This document shows positions 1-10,076 of a stretch of DNA of 64,000 nt, in pieces. The notes under the pieces were generated by a model that saw nothing but the letters and a program-made list of their open reading frames with translations, had not been told where the DNA came from and searched no databases. Every line of letters begins with the position of its first letter. The first letter of the stretch is position 1. This stretch comes from Nitrospirota bacterium (GTDB lineage Bacteria > Nitrospirota > UBA9217): the NCBI GenBank assembly GCA_963737155.1, contig CAVTRN010000002.1, positions 1,344,001 through 1,408,000 on the forward strand. Reading direction: 5' to 3'. Position numbers and translations under genes: made by a program.

Positions 1-422
1 ACTTCCTCGTCATTATGGCGAGCCACCTGTCCGGCCTCGTGGAAAAAGCCGACGTCGTGCTACCTCTTTCCGCTCTTTATGAACGGCATGGGAGCGTTGT
101 CAATACCTACGGAAAAGTAAAAATACTTTCTCAGGCTCAGAACGTCGCCGGTGAAGCAAAAGACGGAGCGGAAATCGCTGCCGAGCTTTCTCAGGCTATC
201 AGTAAAACCAAGGGATTCATGCTCAGGGACGTCGCCGTGGCCGTGAAAAAATTGAAATCCGGGAAAATGGGTGTTCCCTCGTTCACACCCGTTGAAGCAC
301 AAGCTGTGAAGTCCACTGCCGGTTCCAGCTCGGCGATTCTGGCGTCGCTTCGAGAGGGGATGCTTTCAGACTCGGCTGTTGCTGCAATTCTTGCGGTGAA
401 ACAGCCGATGCTCCAAAAATAG
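1..422 (+). CDS. C-terminal part of a molybdopterin-oxidoreductase/NuoG-like subunit (5' truncated by window edge)
   Basis: ADVVLPLSALYERHGSVVNTYG resembles the ADVVLP...E..G+..N.EG motif of the NuoG/FdhA family; frame is open from the window start. Confidence 0.6.
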   Translation, partial: FLVIMASHLSGLVEKADVVLPLSALYERHGSVVNTYGKVKILSQAQNVAGEAKDGAEIAAELSQAISKTKGFMLRDVAVAVKKLKSGKMGVPSFTPVEAQAVKSTAGSSSAILASLREGMLSDSAVAAILAVKQPMLQK

Positions 423-571
423 AGTGCGGGAATGAAGCAGAAAAAAGTGCGTTTGCACGGAGTGCGAGTTTAATTAACGTCTTATGTTTTTCCGCTGCCC
501 TTTTGTATAATGCTCCAGTTCTGTTAGCCAGGGGATAGACTATCTCCTTGAGGAAAGGAATTTTTAAAATT

Positions 572-2554
572 ATGAGAGAAGATTTGAAATCCGTTGACCC
601 GGCTGCGCAATCGATGTTGAAGGTAGCAGCCCAGAAAAAAATGGAGACGTCGTTCGACCGCGCCGACAAGCTTAAACCCTGTCCTATCGGGCATCAGGGT
701 GCCTGCTGCAAGATGTGCCACATGGGCCCCTGCCGACTTGTGGGCAAAGAAGAGGAGGCAATGGGCGTGTGCGGCGCCGCCCTTCCGGTCGTGACAGCGC
801 GGAACTTTGCCCGCATGGTTGCAGCGGGCACGGCTGCCCATTCGGATCATGCGCGAGATCTTGCGAATACGCTTCTGGCAGTGGCCCGCGGAGAGGCCAA
901 AGATTTTCAGATCAAAGACGTGCGCAAGCTCAACCGCATAGCCGGATATCTCGGCATCAATGTTGAAGGGAAGGCAGTGAACGAGGTGGCGGAGAAAGTC
1001 GCCCTCAAATTTCTCGAACAATTCGGCCAGCAGCGTGGAACGCTCGCATATCTCGGTCGGGCGCCCAAAAAACGACAGGAAATATGGAACAAACTAGGCA
1101 TAGCGCCGCGTGCTATTGACCGTGAAGTGGTCGAGATGATGCACCGGACTACCATGGGCGTCGACCAGGAAATGAACAATATTATGCTTGGCGCCCTACG
1201 CACAGCGCTTGCCGACGGATGGGGCGGTTCGATGATGGGCACCGATATTTCTGATATTCTGTTCGGCACCCCAAAACCGGTGAGATCGAACGCCAGTCTC
1301 TCCGTGTTCTCGGAAGACCATGTGAACCTTGTCGTCCACGGACATGAGCCGTCCTTTGCCGAGATGCTCGTGATAGCTTCCGAGGACCCAGAACTCGATA
1401 CTTATGCAAAATCCAAGGGCGCCAAAGGCGTGAAGCTCGTCGGCATGTGCTGCACTGCCAATGAAATCCTCATTCGGCACGGCATCGCTACGGCTGGAGG
1501 TTTTCTGCAGCAGGAATTAGGATTACTTACGGGCATGGTTGAGGCCATGGTCGTCGATGTGCAGTGTATCATGCCCGCCATTGGCGAGTTGTCAAAGAAA
1601 TTCCATACTAAGATCATCACCACGACTTCCAAGGGAAAGATGAAGGACGCAATCCATATTGAGTACGATGAGCATCATGCGCTTGACCTCGCAAAGAGTG
1701 TTGTTCGTCTCGCAATTGACAACTTCCCAAACCGGAAAAAAGAGTTGGTTTCTCCGGCAAACGTTAAACCCGTAGACATGATTGCCGGTTTCTCCCATGA
1801 GTATATTGAATACATGCAAGGAGGTCGGTACCGCGGCTCTTTCCGTCCGCTGAATGACGCCATTATCGCAGGACGCATCCGCGGCGTCGTGGGTCTTGCC
1901 GGCTGCAATAACCCCAGAATCAGTCAGGATAGCTTGCACAATTTCCTGTCTCGAGAGCTGATTAAAAACGATGTCTTGGTCGTTCAGACCGGATGTTCCG
2001 CCATGGCATCGGCCAAGGCGGGGTATATGACTCCTGAAATGGCGCTTGAAAACGCCGGAAAGGGGCTTCGCGAAGTGTGCGAGGCTATTGGCATCCCGCC
2101 GATTCTCCACATGGGCTCCTGCGTGGACAACTCTCGCATCCTGACCGTTGCAACCGCTATTGCGGAGGAAGGCGGTCTCGGCGACGACATCGGCGGTCTC
2201 CCCGCAGTGGGTATCGCTCCTGAATGGATGAGCGAAAAGGCTATCGCAATCGGCACCTATTTAGTGGCCTCCGGTGTACCGATCATTTTCGGGGCGGGAT
2301 CTCCAGTTAGCGCAAGTAAGTCTCTCAAGGATCTTATGGAGAACAAGTGGTGGGATATGTTAAACGCGGGGTTCTATTTTGAGGAAGACCCGGGGAAAAT
2401 CCTCGAACTCACACTGAAGCTCCTCGATGCGGCGCGGGAAAAGCTTAAAATACGCAAGTACGAGCCGGGCAGATTCGGAACCGAACGCGTGCTGATGGAT
2501 ATGGCCGCACGCCGATCCGGCACTTTCGCAACACCTCACGGGAACGATGTGTAG
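572..2554 (+). CDS. cooS: Anaerobic Ni-Fe carbon-monoxide dehydrogenase catalytic subunit (CooS/AcsA)
   Basis: CPIG..GACCKMCHMGPC..GVCG (D/B clusters); HSDH; VHGHEP, MCCT, DVQC, GCNN, TGC, GSCVD (C-cluster ligands); WMSEKA. ATG 572 follows AGGAAAGGA. Confidence 0.96.
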   Translation: MREDLKSVDPAAQSMLKVAAQKKMETSFDRADKLKPCPIGHQGACCKMCHMGPCRLVGKEEEAMGVCGAALPVVTARNFARMVAAGTAAHSDHARDLANTLLAVARGEAKDFQIKDVRKLNRIAGYLGINVEGKAVNEVAEKVALKFLEQFGQQRGTLAYLGRAPKKRQEIWNKLGIAPRAIDREVVEMMHRTTMGVDQEMNNIMLGALRTALADGWGGSMMGTDISDILFGTPKPVRSNASLSVFSEDHVNLVVHGHEPSFAEMLVIASEDPELDTYAKSKGAKGVKLVGMCCTANEILIRHGIATAGGFLQQELGLLTGMVEAMVVDVQCIMPAIGELSKKFHTKIITTTSKGKMKDAIHIEYDEHHALDLAKSVVRLAIDNFPNRKKELVSPANVKPVDMIAGFSHEYIEYMQGGRYRGSFRPLNDAIIAGRIRGVVGLAGCNNPRISQDSLHNFLSRELIKNDVLVVQTGCSAMASAKAGYMTPEMALENAGKGLREVCEAIGIPPILHMGSCVDNSRILTVATAIAEEGGLGDDIGGLPAVGIAPEWMSEKAIAIGTYLVASGVPIIFGAGSPVSASKSLKDLMENKWWDMLNAGFYFEEDPGKILELTLKLLDAAREKLKIRKYEPGRFGTERVLMDMAARRSGTFATPHGNDV

Positions 2555-2579
2555 AGGATGATCTCTTAAACCATTCATG

Positions 2580-2609
2580 GGGAGAGGCCTACTGGCTTCT
2601 CCCTTTTTT
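2580..2609 (+). terminator. Rho-independent terminator after cooS
   Basis: GGGAGAGGCC-tact-GGCTTCTCCC followed by T6. Confidence 0.85.
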
Positions 2610-2668
2610 ATTTGCGCCTAAAACGTTCCTCGTGTACTATGAGAGCCAAAGAGTTGGAGGTCTTGGCA

Positions 2669-3286
2669 GTGTATGAGGGAGAACGGCTAAACAGTATTTC
2701 GCATTTGATCGGATCAGCTCTTGCGGTATCTGGCCTTATTGTGTTGATCGTGAATGCCGTACCTCAGCATGACATCTGGAAGACACTCAGTTCCATCATA
2801 TACGGCGTTACACTGGTGATGCTCTATTTATTTTCAACGCTTTACCACAGTGCTCGCGGGAAAGCAAAAGCTCTTTTCCAGACATTTGATCATGCCTCGA
2901 TATATCTACTCATAGCAGGGACATATACGCCCTTTACGCTTGTTTCCTTGCGAGGCCCATGGGGATGGTGTCTTTTTGGCATCGAATGGGGTTTCGCATG
3001 TATCGGAATACTTCAGGATATCCTTTTTAAAAAACGCCACCATAGGCTTTCCGTTTCGATTTATTTAATCATGGGCTGGCTTGTGGTTGTCGCTCTTGGA
3101 CCACTTGCGCGCGTTGTCCCGTCCGTCGGATTGCTATTATTGGTTTCCGGCGGATTGTTCTATACCGTCGGTGTCGTGTTCTATGCTTTGGACAGAAAGT
3201 TGTCCTGGGGCCATCAAATGTTTCATTTCCTTGTTCTGGCCGGCAGCATTTGCCACTACTTAACTATTCTTTTCTTCGTTATATAA
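2669..3286 (+). CDS. Hemolysin III/PAQR family membrane protein
   Basis: ERLNSISH, STLYH, DHASIYLLIAGTYTP, HQMFH motifs; hydrophobic multi-TM; GGAGG 8 nt before GTG 2669. Confidence 0.93.
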   Translation: MYEGERLNSISHLIGSALAVSGLIVLIVNAVPQHDIWKTLSSIIYGVTLVMLYLFSTLYHSARGKAKALFQTFDHASIYLLIAGTYTPFTLVSLRGPWGWCLFGIEWGFACIGILQDILFKKRHHRLSVSIYLIMGWLVVVALGPLARVVPSVGLLLLVSGGLFYTVGVVFYALDRKLSWGHQMFHFLVLAGSICHYLTILFFVI

Positions 3287-3719
3287 GCCCTCCATTTTAA
3301 ATTAAAGAATTTGATTAAAGTTCCGATAAGATATTGGGACCGTTATTCTTGCATCTACTGTTTATCTGTGGAAATAGAGCCGAGTACGCGGGCATGGTCC
3401 CGGGATCTGTACTGTTGCAAGTTTATCGGCTTGATAAGGCGCATCAAAAAGCAGTGCAATTTTGTTTTTTTATTGTAGCGTAGCCCGTAATTCGGTGGAT
3501 TCTAACTGGATTTATCGGAGGAGGAGCGTGGCTTTCAGTTTCAGGCGAAAGAAAGGATTAACGATACTTTATCTGATAATAACCCTAGAGGGGAATGCTC
3601 AGCTACAATATCCTGTGGTTCCCCACTCGTTCCGAAAGGACCATATTTAGTATATTTTCTCGTTTATGATACCATATATCGCGCACCTAGAATAATTAAT
3701 AAAAAAATTTTAAAAAAAC

Positions 3720-3747
3720 TTGACAATAGTCCTTTTTTCGGTATGAT
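3720..3747 (+). promoter_or_regulatory. Sigma70-type promoter of the HTH-pilMNOPQ operon
   Basis: TTGACA-N16-TATGAT preceded by an A/T-rich UP-like tract. Confidence 0.6.
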
Positions 3748-3799
3748 CATAACTATACTTATTATACATAATATGATTAAATAGACCGGAGAGGGTAGC

Positions 3800-4000
3800 A
3801 TGGTTACACACAAAAGTGCGAAGAAATACAAAACGAATGAAATTTGTGCTCGTTTCGATATCTCGCGTGCAACGCTTTTTCGCTGGGAGAGTGACGGTTT
3901 GCTGAGTGGAGTTGAACGCGATTGGCGGGGATGGAGAGTCTATAGCCAGGGGAATCTCCGTGAAATTGAAAAAATCATTAAAAGCAAGAATGCCAATTGA
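3800..4000 (+). CDS. Stand-alone MerR-family HTH DNA-binding protein (66 aa)
   Basis: EICARFDISRATLFRWESDGLL...RDWRGWRVY is a MerR winged HTH with no effector domain; RBS GGAGAGG. Confidence 0.85.
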   Translation: MVTHKSAKKYKTNEICARFDISRATLFRWESDGLLSGVERDWRGWRVYSQGNLREIEKIIKSKNAN

Positions 4001-4029
4001 TGCAGCGTTCTCGCTGCTTAGGAGCAATA

Positions 4030-5082
4030 ATGTTTTTTTCAAAAAAAAATGAACCCGTTGCGCTGGACATAGGATCCACCTTTATCAAACTCGTCCAGTT
4101 GAAGGGGACAAATAAAAACTATCAGCTGGTTAAGTTCGGCATGGTTCCACTGCCGCCTGAAGTCATTGTTGAAGGTGCTGTTATGGACGCGGGGCGGGTT
4201 GTGGAGTCTATCAAGGAGCTTCTTGCAGCGCAAAAGGTATCGTCGAAAGACGCCGTGATCTCGGTTTCCGGCAGCTCGGTAATCATCAAACGCGTTTCCG
4301 TCGCAGACATGACTGATGAAGAGCTTGCCGAATCCATTAAGTGGGAGGCGGAACAATATATTCCCTTTTCCATTGATGATGTGAACGTGGATTTTCAGAA
4401 ACTCGGCGCCGGAGCCAATGAAGGGCAGGCCGATGTTCTCCTCGTAGCAGTAAAAAAAGATAAAATCAACGATTACCTAAATCTGGTAAAAGAGGCTGGC
4501 TTGGAGCCGGTCGTGATGGATGTAGACGCTTTTGCTCTTGCGAACATGTACGAACTCAACTATGATGTTGAGGCTGGGACGACTGCTCTCCTGAACATCG
4601 GCGCATCGGTGATGAACATAAATATCCTGAAAGACGGCATGTCCATCTTTACCCGTGATATTACTGTCGGTGGTAACCGTTACACTGAAGCTCTTCAGAG
4701 GGATTTTGGTTTAACCTATGAGGATGCAGAAAAAGTGAAGCGCGGCGAGGAGGTCGAGGGTGCAGACAAGGAACAGATAGCAGCTGTCATGCTGACCGTC
4801 ACTGACGACATCGTGTTCGAAACGCAGAGGTCGTTCGAATTCTTCATGTCCACAACGGGGAGCGGAAAGGTATCCCGTGTTATGGTATCCGGAGGTTGTG
4901 CGAGGATCGGGAATTTCATTTCGACTCTCTCCGAACGGCTTGAAATTCCCGTTGAAGTAATCAATCCCTTCAAAAATATTAGAATTGACCCCAAACGCTT
5001 TGACACCGCACTTATTGAAGAATCTGCTCCCCTCTGTGCAGTCGCCGTGGGGATTGCGATCAGGAGGCCAGGGGATCGATGA
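4030..5082 (+). CDS. pilM: Type IV pilus assembly protein PilM
   Basis: ALDIGST actin-like motif, WEAEQYIPF, NIGAS, VAVGIAIR; first of pilMNOPQ. Confidence 0.95.
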   Translation: MFFSKKNEPVALDIGSTFIKLVQLKGTNKNYQLVKFGMVPLPPEVIVEGAVMDAGRVVESIKELLAAQKVSSKDAVISVSGSSVIIKRVSVADMTDEELAESIKWEAEQYIPFSIDDVNVDFQKLGAGANEGQADVLLVAVKKDKINDYLNLVKEAGLEPVVMDVDAFALANMYELNYDVEAGTTALLNIGASVMNINILKDGMSIFTRDITVGGNRYTEALQRDFGLTYEDAEKVKRGEEVEGADKEQIAAVMLTVTDDIVFETQRSFEFFMSTTGSGKVSRVMVSGGCARIGNFISTLSERLEIPVEVINPFKNIRIDPKRFDTALIEESAPLCAVAVGIAIRRPGDR

Positions 5083-5627
5083 TCAAGATAAATCTTCTGC
5101 CTACCAAGAAAAGGCCTCCGAAGAAGGTTATTGATCTTCAGCAACAACTGCTCCTCGGGTTCCTGATTCTTGTGCTCGTGCTGATGGCGATGGCCTTCTT
5201 CTGGACGCGTCAAAAGGACCGGATAACGGCTCTTCAGATGGAAAAAGTTTCCACAGAAGCGCGTATTCGGTCCCAGGATGATACCCTCAGGGACGTAAAG
5301 GATGTGGAAGAGGGGCGAAAACAAATAGCTGAAAAGATCGAAGTTATCGAAAAACTTAAAAAAAATCAGGCAGAACCGGTCAGACTTCTTGATGAAGTAA
5401 GTAAAGCCTTGCCAGTGGGCGTAAATTTGACATCATTGATTGAAATCAACGATAACATTAATATCGAGGGCGAAGCTTTCACCAATGATAATGTCGTGAA
5501 ATTTGTAGATAATCTTAAAGCATCACCTTATCTGTCCAATGTAATGTTGCTTGAAACCAGTCAGATCAAACTTGAGACATTTGATATATACAAATATAAA
5601 CTTCAATTTGTATATAAGGGGTTGTGA
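5079..5627 (+). CDS. pilN: Type IV pilus assembly protein PilN
   Basis: IKINLLP motif, TM helix, coiled coil; ATGA overlap with pilM. Confidence 0.93.
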   Translation: MIKINLLPTKKRPPKKVIDLQQQLLLGFLILVLVLMAMAFFWTRQKDRITALQMEKVSTEARIRSQDDTLRDVKDVEEGRKQIAEKIEVIEKLKKNQAEPVRLLDEVSKALPVGVNLTSLIEINDNINIEGEAFTNDNVVKFVDNLKASPYLSNVMLLETSQIKLETFDIYKYKLQFVYKGL

Positions 5628-6235
5628 TGGCCTCCTTTTCTTTATTAGAAAAAATCCAGAAGATCCCTACCAAGACACGGCTGATCGTTTTCTGTGGCAT
5701 TGTTGTTCTTCTTCTTATCACCTATATTATTCAATATCAAATCCCCATGAATACGGAAATAAAACAGCTGGATAGTTCGCTATCCGATTTAAGAAATACG
5801 GTGAAAGTAAATGACTCAAGGATTAAAAAGCTTGAAGATCTGAAGACGGAAGTCAAAGCATTGCAGGAGCGATTGGTGGTCCTTACCGAACAGTTGCCCC
5901 CTGGATCGGAAGTGTCCGGTCTCTTGTTGCAGATTCAGAAACTGGTAAACGAATCGGGCCTTGTCCTCAAGCTCTGGAAGCCGGACAAGCAGCGGACCCA
6001 TCCAAGCGGCCTCTATGAGGAAATTCCGATATCTCTCGTTTTGACGGGCGGATACAACAATACGGTGTCATTATTTAGCCGTATAAGCAAACTTACCCGC
6101 ATAGTGGATATTCTCAATATTAAAATGGGCAATGCAAAAGTGGATGCAAGCGGGAATGTTGAATTGGACATTAATTGCACGGCAATGACATTCGCTGCTG
6201 CGGAGAAAAAAGTTGAGCCGAAGAAAGTACAATAG
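5627..6235 (+). CDS. pilO: Type IV pilus assembly protein PilO
   Basis: TM plus coiled coil, QLP..SEV..LL, YEEIPI..GGY, KLTRIV; TGATG coupling to pilN. Confidence 0.92.
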   Translation: MASFSLLEKIQKIPTKTRLIVFCGIVVLLLITYIIQYQIPMNTEIKQLDSSLSDLRNTVKVNDSRIKKLEDLKTEVKALQERLVVLTEQLPPGSEVSGLLLQIQKLVNESGLVLKLWKPDKQRTHPSGLYEEIPISLVLTGGYNNTVSLFSRISKLTRIVDILNIKMGNAKVDASGNVELDINCTAMTFAAAEKKVEPKKVQ

Positions 6236-6734
6236 CTCTTTACCAATCATCGTTCTGGTCTTCATGGCAGGATTCTGGATAGCGGGTTGCTCCAAATCCG
6301 GTGAGGGGCCGAGCACAATGACGCCTATTGCGGCGACGAAAATGGCACAAAAACCCCTTAGCCGGGGCACTGCGACAGCAGTGGAAAAACCGGTGGTTGC
6401 CTACTCTTTTGACTTATTTGGTCGACGAGATCCCTTTGCTCCGCTAGTAGCCAAGGAAGAAAAGAAGGCCAACGCTGATCTTTCGCCTTTGGAGCGTTAT
6501 AATTTGGGTGATTTCAAGTTGACGGCGGTTCTCAGAGGTGGTTTTGGTGATAATGCCATGGTTGAGGCCCCCGATGGCAAAGGGTATGTTGTTCATGTCG
6601 GTACAGTTATAGGGCTGAATAAAGGTGTGGTAAAAGAAATAACAGATAATAAGCTTATTGTCGAAGAAATATCCAAGAACTTTTCGGGTGGTTCGGAACG
6701 AAAAGAAATTGTAATTGAGCTCCAGAAAAAATAG
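6213..6734 (+). CDS. pilP: Type IV pilus lipoprotein PilP
   Basis: Lipobox IAGC, RDPF motif, PLERY, AMVEAPDGKGY..G..IG.N.G. Confidence 0.92.
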   Translation: MSRRKYNSSLPIIVLVFMAGFWIAGCSKSGEGPSTMTPIAATKMAQKPLSRGTATAVEKPVVAYSFDLFGRRDPFAPLVAKEEKKANADLSPLERYNLGDFKLTAVLRGGFGDNAMVEAPDGKGYVVHVGTVIGLNKGVVKEITDNKLIVEEISKNFSGGSERKEIVIELQKK

Positions 6735-6745
6735 GAGGAGAGGCA

Positions 6746-9349
6746 ATGAAATATACTCAACCGCTAAAAGCTTATTGGTTGATTATCCTCATTTTATTCG
6801 TAACTGCATTCCATGGGTGTGCGGCGCAAGGGCCTTCAACTGCGTCGCAGCAGGGTGCACAGGTTGTTCTCACGAAAATTGAACCACGTGAAACGGATGG
6901 GAAAACAGAGATCACAATTGAAGCAACCGAGCCGATACAACAGTACACCTCCTTTCAATTAACTGATCCGCTGCGACTAGTCGTTGATATTGCAGACGCA
7001 AATATCGGAAAACTGCCTGATCGAATAGCCGTGAATAGTGGTGGAGTAACCGATATAACCCCTGCCCAGAAGGATAATATATCAAGGCTTGAATTCGGTC
7101 TATCGCGGGCAGTAGAAACGAAAGTCTATCAGTCTGAAGGAAAACTCGTTATAGAACTAAGCAAACCCGCTGAAGTGGCGCAGACTACCACTGAAACAGT
7201 TGCTCCCGCACCGACGCCGGAGTCAGCAACGCCGGAAACAGTGACCGCACCGACACCAACGCCTGAGTCAGCCACGCCGGAAACAGTGACCGCACCGACA
7301 CCAACGCCTGAGTCAGCCACGCCGGAAACAGTGACTGCACCTACACCGACGCCGGAGTCAACCACGCCGGAAACAGTGACCGCACCAACACCGACGCCGG
7401 AGTCAGCAACGCCGGAAACAGTGACCGCACCGACACCAACGCCTGAGTCAGCCACGCCGGAAACAGTGACCGCACCAACACCGACGCCGGCTACGGCGAC
7501 TGTCTCCGAAAAGACGGAGGCAGCACAACCGGAACAGGAAACGGCCAAATTCGTTACTTCAGTTAGAGCCAGAGTTGGGAAACACGGTATCCAAGTTCTC
7601 ATCACCGGTGACGGGGCTATGAAGCCTAATGCTTTTATGGTGGGGGGCATGAGACTCGTAGTAGACATCCCCGGCGTTCAGAGCAGCGTCAGACCGCGTG
7701 TTATACCAGTTCGCAAAGATGGACTTGACAAAGTTCGGATCGGACAGCATCCCGCACCGGACCTGAAGGTTCGCGTAGTGCTGGACCTCACACAAACGTT
7801 GCCGTATACCGTTACTGCTGTAGGGAATACGGTGCTGATTGCCATGAGCGAGGTTCCTGCTTTGCAGGCGGAGCAGACACAGCTTCAGGAGCAAGCCGCC
7901 GCCCAGGAACAGGAAAAGTCTGTAATTGCTGAGAAGGAAATATCAGCGCAGACCTCTACCCCTGTTCAGCAACCAGCACCGCTGATTGCAGAAGCACCTC
8001 CGGTTAAACAAGAACACGGGGAAGCCGCAAAGTCCGCAACTAGCGTCTCTGAAACGTCGTTGATTACCAACGGTGGTACGAAATTCACCGGGAGAAAAAT
8101 ATCGCTTGATCTCCAGGATGCAGACCTTGTCAATGTTATGAGGCTATTCGCGGAAGTAGCAAATTTGAACATCATTCTAGCTCCTAATGTAAAGGGCAAG
8201 GTAACGGTCCGAATGGTGAATATTCCGTGGGATCAGGCAATGGCTATCATTCTTAAGATGAACGGCTTGGGGTATGTATTGGAGGATCATGTCCTCCGCA
8301 TCGCCTCGATTGGAACATTGGCAAAGGAAGATGAGGAGGAGATGAGGGCCAAGGAAACCAAGAGAAAGGCGGAAGACCTTGTCATCCGAATTGTTCCCGT
8401 GAGCTATTCTACAGCCGCGACCATTGAGAATACTATTAGAAAGTCACTTTCTCCGCGTGGGGAAACCGTGACTGATGCCAGAACCAACACGATCATAGTC
8501 AAGGATATCGAGCGCAATGTCGACGAAGTGGTATCACTTATCAAAGTTCTTGACAAGCCCATTCCTCAGATCATGATTGAAGCCAGAATTGTGGAAGTTA
8601 CGGTGGACTTCAGCAATCAGATAGGTATTCAATGGGGCGGGAATTTCATGGCCAGTGCAGCAACTGGCAATCCCACGGGAGTTGCATTTCCAAGCACAAT
8701 TGGGATAACTGGTGGTCCGACCATGGGGGCTGTGCCGTCCGGAAACGGCAATTTCATCGTGAATGAGCCTGCGGCTTCGGGTGCCACAACAGGCGGCGGA
8801 GCAATTGGTTTTCAGTTCGGGTCTCTCAGCAAGGCGTTGAATCTTGACCTCGTGCTCTCGGCCTTGGAGTCTACTGGTGAAGGTAAAGTCATATCTTCTC
8901 CGAAAGTAAGCACGCTTGATAACAAAGAAGCCAAGATCCAACAGGGACTTTCGATCCCTTTCTCAACAACGTCTGCTTCAGGTACGCAGATACAATTTAT
9001 CGACGCAATCCTATCGCTCGACGTTACTCCCCACGCGACACCGGATGGCAAAATTTTCATGAAGATAGATGCCACCAAAAATGCTCCTAATACCTCAATT
9101 CTGGGGGCCTCGGGACAGCCTTCCATCCAAAAAAATGAGGCTTCAACTGAGATTCTTGTTACTGATGGAGAAACTGCAGTGATTGGCGGTATTCTGACAA
9201 TAGACCACTCGGTAAGTTATACGAAAATCCCATTCTTCGGGGATCTCCCGTTAATCGGTTTTCTCTTTAAAACCAAGTCTACGACCGATAATAAGGACGA
9301 ATTGCTGATTTTTATCACGCCGCGAATTGTTAGACAAGAGATCCTATAG
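6746..9349 (+). CDS. pilQ: Type IV pilus secretin PilQ with two AMIN domains and a repeat linker
   Basis: AMIN motifs (PLRLVVDI; VRIGQH..KVRVVLDL), GRKISLDLQDADL, secretin motifs QIMIEARIVE and IPFFGDLPLIGFLFK. Confidence 0.96.
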   Translation: MKYTQPLKAYWLIILILFVTAFHGCAAQGPSTASQQGAQVVLTKIEPRETDGKTEITIEATEPIQQYTSFQLTDPLRLVVDIADANIGKLPDRIAVNSGGVTDITPAQKDNISRLEFGLSRAVETKVYQSEGKLVIELSKPAEVAQTTTETVAPAPTPESATPETVTAPTPTPESATPETVTAPTPTPESATPETVTAPTPTPESTTPETVTAPTPTPESATPETVTAPTPTPESATPETVTAPTPTPATATVSEKTEAAQPEQETAKFVTSVRARVGKHGIQVLITGDGAMKPNAFMVGGMRLVVDIPGVQSSVRPRVIPVRKDGLDKVRIGQHPAPDLKVRVVLDLTQTLPYTVTAVGNTVLIAMSEVPALQAEQTQLQEQAAAQEQEKSVIAEKEISAQTSTPVQQPAPLIAEAPPVKQEHGEAAKSATSVSETSLITNGGTKFTGRKISLDLQDADLVNVMRLFAEVANLNIILAPNVKGKVTVRMVNIPWDQAMAIILKMNGLGYVLEDHVLRIASIGTLAKEDEEEMRAKETKRKAEDLVIRIVPVSYSTAATIENTIRKSLSPRGETVTDARTNTIIVKDIERNVDEVVSLIKVLDKPIPQIMIEARIVEVTVDFSNQIGIQWGGNFMASAATGNPTGVAFPSTIGITGGPTMGAVPSGNGNFIVNEPAASGATTGGGAIGFQFGSLSKALNLDLVLSALESTGEGKVISSPKVSTLDNKEAKIQQGLSIPFSTTSASGTQIQFIDAILSLDVTPHATPDGKIFMKIDATKNAPNTSILGASGQPSIQKNEASTEILVTDGETAVIGGILTIDHSVSYTKIPFFGDLPLIGFLFKTKSTTDNKDELLIFITPRIVRQEIL
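7214..7489 (+). repeat. Six tandem 45-bp repeats encoding TPESATPETVTAPTP inside pilQ
   Basis: Unit ACGCCGGAGTCAGCAACGCCGGAAACAGTGACCGCACCGACACCA x6, mostly synonymous variants (one A->T amino-acid change). Confidence 0.97.
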
Positions 9350-9485
9350 TTATTAACAATGCTAATATTACGCAGACAAACTGGCAAATAGATAGAAGTC
9401 CTGAATAGATTCATTTGCGTTTATTTATTAGTGGATTTCAAGATTCAGCTTTATTATATAATCGGTGCAGTTGGAGGTGTCGAAA

Positions 9486-10019
9486 ATGAATATAAACCGT
9501 CGAACGTTAGCTGTTATTTCTCTTGTTACTTTAGCAGTATTTTCTTTATTGATCCAGGGCTGCGGTAACAAGGGCGAAAATGCTCCCGATGGATCAACGA
9601 TAACAATTAACCCGTCGACGCTAAATTTAACTAATCTTTATCTTTATGGCGACGCAATCCAGGATTATCAGGTTATTGTTAAATATAGTGACGGAACGCC
9701 TATCCCCTATGCCGATGTTAGGATTGCGGGGACTTATGCATATCCTGTTGTGAGCAGCGAGGTTGATTCTGCGCCATCCTATGCATTCTATGAGTATCCT
9801 GGCGCGAATGGTAACCCGTCAAATGTACTGGAAAACAACGGGTTTGTGGGGGAAACTGATGCGAATGGGGTTTATCAATTTTCAATTGAAATTTTTTCCA
9901 TGGTTTCGCTCACATCAGGAGGACCGCTGGCTCCAAATGTTTTTAGTGATACCATACTTGTCAGCTCCGGAACAGCTCAGGCTTCTACAACACTGGCTTC
10001 AACCGTAACCGCTCAATAA
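9486..10019 (+). CDS. Putative lipoprotein, beta-rich Ig-like/invasin-type fold
   Basis: Lipobox LIQGC; VIVKYSDGTPIPYADV and GETDANGVYQF resemble Big/invasin strands; RBS GGAGGT. Confidence 0.7.
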   Translation: MNINRRTLAVISLVTLAVFSLLIQGCGNKGENAPDGSTITINPSTLNLTNLYLYGDAIQDYQVIVKYSDGTPIPYADVRIAGTYAYPVVSSEVDSAPSYAFYEYPGANGNPSNVLENNGFVGETDANGVYQFSIEIFSMVSLTSGGPLAPNVFSDTILVSSGTAQASTTLASTVTAQ

Positions 10020-10076
10020 TATGACTAAACAAACCTACCCTTACAATAATAATTTGAAACAAACAGCATCTCTTCC

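Noticed and set aside
7214-7489. CRISPR array
   Set aside because: The repeats are contiguous, have no spacers and are in frame within pilQ
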